Shown in pieces: positions 56,582 to 64,000 of a stretch of DNA of 64,000 nucleotides. This DNA comes from an uncultured bacterium. GTDB lineage: Bacteria; Krumholzibacteriota; Krumholzibacteriia; LZORAL124-64-63. Each line of letters opens with the position of its first letter. Position 1 is the first letter of the stretch. A program made the position numbers and the translations under genes. Under the pieces are notes generated by a model. That model had not been told where the DNA came from. It ran no database searches and was given only the letters and a program-made list of their open reading frames with translations. The stretch spans positions 96,001 through 160,000 of the forward strand of contig CAVSGO010000006.1 in the NCBI GenBank assembly GCA_963727525.1, in the 5' to 3' direction.

Positions 56582-59438
56582 CGACCGGGCGATCGAGGCA
56601 TTGATCGCCCGCATGGCGCGGGGCGAGCCCGTCGACTGGGACGACGCGCGGCAGAGCATCGCGAGCGACGAGGGTCGTGCCCATCTCGACGCCCTGCGCG
56701 GGATTTCCCGGATCGCGGCCTTCAACCACGACCAGTGGGACCACTTCGCGCTCCTGCTCGAACGCGCCCGCGGGCTGGACCCGATCCAGCGCGAAGCCTG
56801 GTTGCGCGATCTGGATGGCGCGGACGCTGCCGACGTGCGTCACGCGCTGGGCGAACACGTGGAACCGACATCGGCCATGCCAGACCCGCCGCATGGGGCC
56901 GACGCGGACCTCCTGGCCGGCCAGGTCATCGGTGCCTACACCCTCGACGCGTCGCTCGGCGAGGGGGGCATGGGCACGGTCTGGCTCGCGCACCGCAGCG
57001 ACGGGCGCTTCGAGGGGCAGGTCGCCGTCAAGCTCCTGCACTTGCCGCGTGTGAGCCGCGACGGGCTGGCGCGGTTCCAGCGCGAGGGTCAGCTGCTGGC
57101 GCGCCTGCGCCACGCCAACATCGCCCAGCTCCTGGACGCCGGCGTGACGCCGCACGGGCAGCCGTACCTCGTGCTCGAGTACGTCGACGGCGAGCCCATC
57201 GACCGATACTGCGCCGCGCACGCGCTCGACGTGCGCGCGCGGATCCGCCTGTTCCTCGCCGTCCTCGCGGCGGTGGCGCACTCGCAGGCCAACCTCGTCG
57301 TCCATCGCGATCTCAAGCCGTCGAACATCCTCGTCGACCGCGCGGGCACCGTGAAGCTGCTCGACTTCGGCGTCGGCAAGCTCCTAGCCGACGGCGACGC
57401 CGAGGCGACGGACACCGAGCTGACGCGCAGCGCCGGGCGGGCGCTCACGCCCGAGTTTGCGGCGCCGGAGCAGCTCCTCGGCGAGCCCGTGACGACGGCG
57501 ACCGACGTCTTCGCCGCCGGCGTCGTGCTCTACCTGCTGCTCACCGGCGTTCACCCCCACGGCGACGCGCAGGGGTCGCCGCTGCCGCGCCTGCGGGGTA
57601 TCCTCGAAGCGACGCCCCGGCCGGCGAGCGAGGCGGTGGACAGCGCCTCGCGCCGCCGCCATGAGCTGCAGGGCGACCTGGACAACATCCTGGCCATGGC
57701 GTTGCGCAAGGATCCTCGCGATCGCTACGCCAACGCGGCCGCCTTCGCCGCCGATCTGCGGCGCTACCTCGAGCAGGAGCCAGTGGCGGCCCGTGCCGAT
57801 ACGATCCGCTACCGGGTCGGCAAATTCGTGCGCCGCAATCGCGCGGCAGTGGCCGGCGTCAGCGCGGCGATGATCGTGCTCGCCGGCCTGACGCTGTTCT
57901 CCCTCGTGGAGCTGCGGGAGGTGCGCCGCCAGCGCGATGCGGTGCAGGCGCAGATGCAGCGCGCGGAAGGCTTCAACACCGTCGTCACCAGCTTGCTCTC
58001 GCAGGTCGGGCCGGGCGGCCGGGCGCTGTCGCCCGGGGAACTGCTCGACCGCGCCGTCGGCGAGGTGCAGGCGCGGTACGCCGACGATCCGGCCTTCCTC
58101 GTCGACATGCTGATCCGGCTCTCCGGTCGGTACTTCGATCTCGGGGACCACCGGAAGGAGTACACGACGCTCGTGCAGGCGGAGTCGGTGGCGCGGCGGG
58201 CGAACGACCCGCGCCTGATCTTCCTGGTGCAGATCAACACGGTCGAGACGGAGCTCTACCTGGGGCGACGCGAGGCCGCCACGCGGCGCATCGAGGAGGC
58301 GCGCCACCTGTTGCCCGGATTGCATCCCCGGCCGCTGCTCGACGCCTACCTGCGGGCCGAGGCCGAGGTGGCGTGGCAGAACGGCGACGCGCCGGGGGCC
58401 ATCGCCTACCTCGAGCGCGCCCGCCACGAGCTGGAAGCGGACGACGACACGCACGGCAACGCGTACGCCGGACTGCTGAGCGTGCTGCGCCTGTATCACG
58501 CGCTCGTGGGCGACCTGCGCGAGGCGCACCGGCTGGCGCAGGCGATGGTCGCGTTGCACGAGCGGCATCACCGCGAAACGTCGGCGGCTGGGACGATCTC
58601 CCGCGTCGTCCTCGCGATGAGCGACTACGACATCGGCGAGGTCACGCTCGCCCGCCGCCTGTATCGGGACACGCTTCCCGAGGTGGACGACCCGCAGGAG
58701 GCGCGATCCGGGACGTGGGTCACCTCGCACTGGATCTACGGCGAGATGCTGAGCCGGCTGGGACGCCACGACGAGGCCCTGCCCCTGATCCACGCCGCGA
58801 TCGCGGGGTTGCGGCGCGGCGGCAACCACCAGAACGAGACGCGCGCGCGCCTGGCCCTCGCGCGCGCGCAGTTCCGCGCCGCGCGGTTGCCGGAGGCGCA
58901 GGCGACGCTCGACACGACCCTCGCCGGCATCGCCGACGACGGCCCCGCCCGCCGGATCTGGCTCATCGAGGCCGACCGGCTCCAGGCCGAGGTACACCTG
59001 GCCGAGCACCATCTCGACCGCGCCGCGGACGAGGCGCAGCGGGCGCTGGCCCTGATCGGAGGTGCCGACCAGCCGAACGGCCCGCGCCTCGGCCCGACGC
59101 TGCTGACGCTCGCCGGCATCCAGCTCGCCCGGAACGATATCGCGTCGGCACGTACGTCGGCCCTCGCCGCCGCCCGGGTCTTCACCCATGCGTGCGAGGA
59201 TCCTGCGCGGAGTGCCGACCTCGGCGAAGCGATGCTCGTCGCCGCTCGCTGCGCGGCGGCGGCCGGCGACCGGGCGCAGGCGCGTCGGGACGTGGCGATC
59301 GCCGCCCCGGCCCTCGCCAGCGGTCTGGGCGAGGATCACCAGCTCACACGCGCGGCCCACGATCTCGCGGACGCCCTCGCGGCGGACGACGTGATGGGGG
59401 CGCCGGCGGCCGTCCAGCCGGCCGGACATGATCACTAG
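56574..59438 (+). CDS. Membrane Ser/Thr protein kinase with C-terminal TPR-like region
   Basis: LGEGGMGTV, VAVK, HRDLKPSN, DFG, TPEFAAPEQ, DVFAAG; TM segment; Ala/Leu-rich helical repeats. Confidence 0.95.
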   Translation: MPDDRAIEALIARMARGEPVDWDDARQSIASDEGRAHLDALRGISRIAAFNHDQWDHFALLLERARGLDPIQREAWLRDLDGADAADVRHALGEHVEPTSAMPDPPHGADADLLAGQVIGAYTLDASLGEGGMGTVWLAHRSDGRFEGQVAVKLLHLPRVSRDGLARFQREGQLLARLRHANIAQLLDAGVTPHGQPYLVLEYVDGEPIDRYCAAHALDVRARIRLFLAVLAAVAHSQANLVVHRDLKPSNILVDRAGTVKLLDFGVGKLLADGDAEATDTELTRSAGRALTPEFAAPEQLLGEPVTTATDVFAAGVVLYLLLTGVHPHGDAQGSPLPRLRGILEATPRPASEAVDSASRRRHELQGDLDNILAMALRKDPRDRYANAAAFAADLRRYLEQEPVAARADTIRYRVGKFVRRNRAAVAGVSAAMIVLAGLTLFSLVELREVRRQRDAVQAQMQRAEGFNTVVTSLLSQVGPGGRALSPGELLDRAVGEVQARYADDPAFLVDMLIRLSGRYFDLGDHRKEYTTLVQAESVARRANDPRLIFLVQINTVETELYLGRREAATRRIEEARHLLPGLHPRPLLDAYLRAEAEVAWQNGDAPGAIAYLERARHELEADDDTHGNAYAGLLSVLRLYHALVGDLREAHRLAQAMVALHERHHRETSAAGTISRVVLAMSDYDIGEVTLARRLYRDTLPEVDDPQEARSGTWVTSHWIYGEMLSRLGRHDEALPLIHAAIAGLRRGGNHQNETRARLALARAQFRAARLPEAQATLDTTLAGIADDGPARRIWLIEADRLQAEVHLAEHHLDRAADEAQRALALIGGADQPNGPRLGPTLLTLAGIQLARNDIASARTSALAAARVFTHACEDPARSADLGEAMLVAARCAAAAGDRAQARRDVAIAAPALASGLGEDHQLTRAAHDLADALAADDVMGAPAAVQPAGHDH

Positions 59439-59549
59439 CTGTGGCGTGGCGACTTGCGGCGGCGCCGTGAGCCGCCCGGGTTGTCACGGGAACTCCTTGC
59501 CGCTAGACTCGTTCACCACGGTCGATCCTTGCCGAAACCGGAGGCATCC

Positions 59550-60620
59550 ATGCGCCGCATTCTCGTCGCCCTGTCCCTCGCCATGCTCGCGCTGACCTCG
59601 GCAACCGCCGTCCGGGCGGCCGGACTCTGGGATCTCTACCAGCAGAAGCATTACCAGCAGTGCCTCGACCAGGCGACGTTGCGGGTGCGCGAGCATCCCG
59701 ACAGTCGCGATCTCAACCACCTGATCGGGCGCTGTCTCGTGGAGCTGGGGCGGCCGCAGGAGGCGCGACCGTACCTCGAGAAGGTGCTCGGGGCCGATGG
59801 TATGCGCGACTGGCGGACGTACTGGTCGCTCTACTACCTCGGGCTCTGCGACTGGTTCGCCGGCGATCGCGACGCGGCGAAGGCCAAGTGGCTCAAGGGG
59901 CGCGATGATCCCCAGATGACTGATATCGCCCAGCACTGCGACGGTCAGCTCAAGCTCAGCGGCATGTCGGAAGACTACGACGGCTGGCCCACCGTCGCGG
60001 GCGATCATGTGTTCTGCCGGGTGTCGCCACATCTGAAGGATTTCGACCCCGCGGCGTATGTGAAGGAGGCCGACGCCACGTGCGAGCGCCTGGCCACGTT
60101 CTTCGGGGAAGCTCCGTCACGCGTGATCGACATCATCGTGTGGCAGGATGTGCCCGAGGCCAAGGCGATCGCGGGTATCGGCGCCCTCGGCTACGCGCGC
60201 CCCGACCTCGCCGTGGTCCACACGATGGCAGGGACGTCCTGCGGCCGTCAGCTCGCGGAGGTCTTCAACGTCTGGGCGAACCGCGGCGCGCCCCAGGTGG
60301 CGTTGATCGACGTGGGCGTGGCTGCGTACTGCGATGGCGCCGGCGCCAGCCGCGACGCGGCGCGCGATGCGCTGAAGGCCGCCGACATCTCCGAATTCGA
60401 TCTGACCCTCTGGTGGCAGGACATGGTGCGCGTCCCCGCACCGGCATTCGACGCCGTGGCGGGCGCGTGGGTGGCCACCCTGATCGACCGTGGGGGCATG
60501 GACAAGTTACATCAACTCCTGCGCGAGCCCACCTACGTGAAAGCCCGCGACATCTACGGCGCCGCCCTGCTGAGCACATACGTATCCGAGTTCACGCACG
60601 CAGTGCTCAAACCATCCTGA
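59550..60620 (+). CDS. Secreted TPR protein with a degenerate peptidase-MA-like domain
   Basis: GGAGG RBS; signal peptide; TPR helices; GRQLAEVF...DVGVA where HExxH...EG is expected. Confidence 0.75.
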   Translation: MRRILVALSLAMLALTSATAVRAAGLWDLYQQKHYQQCLDQATLRVREHPDSRDLNHLIGRCLVELGRPQEARPYLEKVLGADGMRDWRTYWSLYYLGLCDWFAGDRDAAKAKWLKGRDDPQMTDIAQHCDGQLKLSGMSEDYDGWPTVAGDHVFCRVSPHLKDFDPAAYVKEADATCERLATFFGEAPSRVIDIIVWQDVPEAKAIAGIGALGYARPDLAVVHTMAGTSCGRQLAEVFNVWANRGAPQVALIDVGVAAYCDGAGASRDAARDALKAADISEFDLTLWWQDMVRVPAPAFDAVAGAWVATLIDRGGMDKLHQLLREPTYVKARDIYGAALLSTYVSEFTHAVLKPS

Positions 60621-60778
60621 CCCCCAGCAATCGCGCCGCCGGTGAGGTGCGAGGGGCGCAACGGCAATACCGGCGCGACGCGGGGCAAGTTCGCGTATCC
60701 TGCCCGAAGCCGATTCGCGTATACTGTGGACAGCTTGATCGCGAACGCTCCACCCCACGGCCTGGAGGCACCGTTTCC

Positions 60779-61654
60779 ATGAGCGAACCCATTCTCGTCG
60801 TCGGTGCGCGCGGAAAGCTCGGTTCCGAGGTCATCCACCAGCTCTACGAGGCCGGGGTGCCCACCCGCTGTGCCACGCGCAATCCGGGCTGCTGCGGTCA
60901 TGATTGTATCGGCGGCAGCTGTGCCCGCTTCGACTACGATCGCCCCGAGACCTTCGCCCCTGCCGTGGACGGCGTGAGCCATGTCTTCATGATCGCGCGG
61001 CCACTCGACACGGCCGCTGGCCATGTGTTGCCGCCCTTCATCGACGTGTGCCGCGACATGGGCGTGGAGCACATCATCTTCTGCTCGGCGCTCGGCGCCG
61101 ACGCCACCGAGGCCTCGCCGCTCGCGTTCGTGGAGCGCTACCTGCAACGCAGTCAGATCGGGTGGACGATTCTGCGTCCCAATTTCTACATGGAGAACCT
61201 CTCCCAGGGCTGGATCTTGCCCCAGATCCAGAACGACGCCACGATCCGTTTGGCGGCCGGCGATGGTGCCACCAGCTTCATCTCCACCCAGGACGTGGCG
61301 GCCGTCGCCGTGCGCATGCTCACCGAGCCGGGCCACGTGGGCCACTGCTACGACCTCACGGGCGGCGAGGCCCTCGATTACCAGCAGGTGGCCGGCATCC
61401 TGAGCGAGGTCGCCGATCGGACCGTCGTCTATGAGCCGATCAGCGAGGCGCAGATGCAGGCGATGGGATCGAAGGTGGGCATGCCCGGGGGCAAGCTGGA
61501 GTACATGCTCTTCCTGTACCGCTCGGTCCGTGAGCACCGCTGCGCCACCGTCTTGCCGGCGGTCGAGACGCTGCTAGGACGGCCGCCGCGCTCGTTCCGT
61601 GAATTCGCCGCCGCCCAGGCGGCCGTGTGGCGTCAAGGCGACGAGACCCGCTAA
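60779..61654 (+). CDS. NmrA-like atypical SDR oxidoreductase
   Basis: GGAGG RBS; VVGARGKLG, FDYDRPETF, WTILRPNFYMEN, DVAAVA, YDLTGGEAL. Confidence 0.9.
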   Translation: MSEPILVVGARGKLGSEVIHQLYEAGVPTRCATRNPGCCGHDCIGGSCARFDYDRPETFAPAVDGVSHVFMIARPLDTAAGHVLPPFIDVCRDMGVEHIIFCSALGADATEASPLAFVERYLQRSQIGWTILRPNFYMENLSQGWILPQIQNDATIRLAAGDGATSFISTQDVAAVAVRMLTEPGHVGHCYDLTGGEALDYQQVAGILSEVADRTVVYEPISEAQMQAMGSKVGMPGGKLEYMLFLYRSVREHRCATVLPAVETLLGRPPRSFREFAAAQAAVWRQGDETR

Positions 61655-61670
61655 CAGCAAATTTTAGGTT

Positions 61671-62893
61671 GTGCCAAGAAGAATGTTGACGAGGCTTCGC
61701 ACCGAGATCTCTCCCGCTAGGCCCGACTTTCTCACTACGCGGCGTACGTCAGCTTGTGCCTCCGGTTCACCTTCAATGGCCGCGTCTCGACCCGTCGCCA
61801 GTAGTAGTCATCCCACAACGGCGGCAACTCGATATGCGACACGAACAGCCGCCGCGACAACACCTCCTCCTCGGTCAAAGGCTTCGTGGCGATCCCGATC
61901 TGCATCGCCGGCGTGCTCCAGCACCGCTTCTCCCGACGCAACTTGATCGTGTTGCGCCACACCAGGAAGATCGCCAGCCGGTAGATCGAATGCTGCCGTC
62001 GCTTCCCGAACGCGATCGTCTCCCGCGTGTGGTCTTTCAGACAATGCCGCAGCAACATGTCCAGCAAGTTGACCTCGAACAACGGGTTGCGACTCGTCCG
62101 CGGCTCACGGGAGTCGATCGTCTCGTGGATCACCTTGCAATACCGTAGCTTCGCGATCGCGTAGGGATAGGTCTTGTGCTTGTCGCTCCAGATGTGGGCC
62201 TCGGCGGCGCCGTCGAGCGAGACCGAGAGCACCTCGAGCAGCGCCCGCATCAACGACCTGGGGTCCGGCCGGCCATAGTTTTGTTCAAAGAGGGACCGTT
62301 TCCATTTCTGCTCGTCGGTCATCGCCCCGCTGCGTCGCCGCTCGGCCTCGGCGAAGTGGATGATGAAGCTGGAGGGGCGATCGACGGCCGTGACGATCTC
62401 GTAGGGGAAGTACTGGGAGTGCTCGAAGGTGACGAGGCCGTCGATGGCGATGTCCACGAAGGGTGACGCCTGGGACACCAGGTGTCGATGGAAGAGGATG
62501 CAGTGTCGGCCGAGGCGGGCGAGGAGGTTGTCGACGGTCGTCGGCGAGGTGTCGAGGAGCCTGGCGATCTGGCGGTTGGCGGCGCCAGAGACGGCGTGCT
62601 TATGGACCTTGGGCAGGAGATCGGCGCGTTTGAGCCAGTATGTGGTGCGGAAGGTCTGGTCTGAGCAGGTCCTGCCGCAGGCCAGGCAGAGGTAGCGTTG
62701 GACGGTGTAGGGTGGGGATTTTCGGGAGAAGGTGCCGAAGAGCGCGAAGGGCCAGGGTTGCGGCTGAGGCTTGTGGTATTTGCAGTTAGGGTTGGAGCAG
62801 TGGGGAGGAAGCGAGGGGCATGAAGTGAGGGTTTTGGTGTTCATGAAGACGGGCCCAGGCAAGCGCTGGACCCGTCAACATTCTTCGTGGCAC
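61671..62893 (-). mobile_element. IS1-like insertion sequence, copy 2, inverted relative to copy 1
   Basis: Same 21-bp IRs and the same 1223-bp length. Flanks read ttag-gtt[IS]c-ttag. Confidence 0.92.
61735..62844 (-). CDS. IS1-like transposase, copy 2
   Basis: Differs from copy 1 at about 7 of 375 translated positions; ORF intact. Confidence 0.85.
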   Translation of the reverse strand: MNTKTLTSCPSLPPHCSNPNCKYHKPQPQPWPFALFGTFSRKSPPYTVQRYLCLACGRTCSDQTFRTTYWLKRADLLPKVHKHAVSGAANRQIARLLDTSPTTVDNLLARLGRHCILFHRHLVSQASPFVDIAIDGLVTFEHSQYFPYEIVTAVDRPSSFIIHFAEAERRRSGAMTDEQKWKRSLFEQNYGRPDPRSLMRALLEVLSVSLDGAAEAHIWSDKHKTYPYAIAKLRYCKVIHETIDSREPRTSRNPLFEVNLLDMLLRHCLKDHTRETIAFGKRRQHSIYRLAIFLVWRNTIKLRREKRCWSTPAMQIGIATKPLTEEEVLSRRLFVSHIELPPLWDDYYWRRVETRPLKVNRRHKLTYAA

Positions 62894-62969
62894 CTTAGAA
62901 ATTTTGCCCCGAACCCGCACGAGGCGTACCTTCAGGTACCTTCGTCTTCGACGCCTGTCGGGAGCTTTC

Positions 62970-64000
62970 ATGCGGCGCGCGGCCATTCTCCTCCTCGTGG
63001 TCTCGCTGGTGCCGGGTCTCCGTGCGCTTGCGCGTACCGATCCGCTTCCTCAGGACAAGGCCCACGTGCTCGACGGGAGCACGGTCCTCACCGCCGGCCG
63101 ACTCTACGTGAACATCACGAACTGGGGCCTGATCGGCTCGCGCTACGGCGAGCTCAGCACCTTCGCCGACGCACCTTCCGGACAGTGGCCAGGGGGATCG
63201 AGCAACGAGTACCTCTTTGCCGGCGGTCTATGGGTCGGTGGCATGGAGCAAGGGGAGCCTCGCGTGTCCACGGGGCAGCCCGATGCGGAACTGCGGCCCG
63301 GCACCAACCCACAGGACACGATGTACGAGGCGCGCGAGGGGCTCGTGGTTCGCCCGATCGAACCGGGTGCCAGCGGTATTCCGTTCTTCATGCCCGGTGG
63401 CGACGACGATGGCGACGGCCGATACGATGAGGAGATCCTCGACGGTTACGATCAGGACCACGATGGGCTCATCGACGAGGATTTCCGCCAGTACGGCACG
63501 CAGATGTTCAATTGCGTGATGCGCGACAATACGCTGCTCGCGCGCCAGATCTACCCCGACCACCGGCCGCTGGACATCAAGGTCGTCCAGCGAGCGTTCT
63601 CGTGGCAGACGGTGGGGCAGCAGGACTTCGTGGTGCTCTCCTACGAGATCACCAACATCGGCGCCTCGGTGATCAACGACGTATACCTCGGCTTCTGGAC
63701 GGACTGCGACATCGGCCGGCGCGACGACCCCGACATCGCGCACAACGACATCGCCGGCGGTTTCGACGAGTACGTCCGCGTGCCGGAAGGGTATTTCCAG
63801 CCGGTACGCGGCGGGTACATGCGCGATGCCGTGTCCGAGAATCCCCTGCCGGGCTGGTTCGGCGTGCAGGTCATCAATCACACCACCGACCAGACCGAGG
63901 TGCGTGCGCCGATGACCGTGCGGATGCACGGCATGCATATCATCTCGGCTGGTGGCGCGGTCTGGGGCGGGGGCCCCCCGATCAACGATGCCGATCGCTA
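62970..64000 (+). CDS. Secreted protein of unknown function, 3'-truncated by the window edge and absent from the ORF track
   Basis: GGAG RBS; MRRAAILLLVVSLVPGLRALA signal peptide; NITNWGLIG, QWPGGSSNEYLFAGGLWVG; Ca-binding-like DDDGDGRYDEE and DQDHDGLIDED. No stop seen to the window end. Confidence 0.82.
   Translation, partial: MRRAAILLLVVSLVPGLRALARTDPLPQDKAHVLDGSTVLTAGRLYVNITNWGLIGSRYGELSTFADAPSGQWPGGSSNEYLFAGGLWVGGMEQGEPRVSTGQPDAELRPGTNPQDTMYEAREGLVVRPIEPGASGIPFFMPGGDDDGDGRYDEEILDGYDQDHDGLIDEDFRQYGTQMFNCVMRDNTLLARQIYPDHRPLDIKVVQRAFSWQTVGQQDFVVLSYEITNIGASVINDVYLGFWTDCDIGRRDDPDIAHNDIAGGFDEYVRVPEGYFQPVRGGYMRDAVSENPLPGWFGVQVINHTTDQTEVRAPMTVRMHGMHIISAGGAVWGGGPPINDADR

Noticed and set aside
32492-62893. 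Composite transposon carrying the 28-kb interior
   Set aside because: The outer flanks share no target duplication, the copies have diverged, and the interior resembles host genes.
1-64000. CRISPR arrays, tRNA/rRNA genes, prophage or defence systems
   Set aside because: No spaced direct repeats, RNA-gene signatures or hallmark proteins were recognised.

Overview
GC-rich bacterial chromosomal window with no rRNA, tRNA or CRISPR array seen. The large family of secreted proteins with a C-terminal PNPFNP...WDG...SGxY (FlgD-Ig/T9SS-CTD-like) domain suggests an FCB-group candidate phylum such as Krumholzibacteriota, Latescibacterota or Eisenbacteria (inference only). Contents from left to right: (1) the 3' part of an rnf(D)GEAB operon, with RnfB fused to a GltD/NfnL-like flavoprotein and two probable single-base sequencing frameshifts; (2) a four-gene multiheme cluster behind a possible sigma-54 promoter: MtrA/DmsE-type decaheme, beta-barrel porin, hexaheme lipoprotein and a 19-heme cytochrome c fused to cytochrome b, which together look like a complete quinone-to-surface electron conduit; (3) many secreted proteins, eight intact ones with the FlgD-like CTD and two small ones with a different shared short tail (PVExxT[WF][SG]S[VI]KA[LI]F) that may be a second sorting signal; (4) a sugar ABC transporter without its ATPase, an NSS transporter with an unusual C-terminal fusion, a two-component/HDOD cluster, a tricorn protease and an ECF sigma/Ser-Thr kinase pair next to a decayed secreted-protein gene; (5) two inverted 1223-bp copies of an IS1-like element with an atypical catalytic motif. 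All family calls come from motif recognition by eye, not from database searches.
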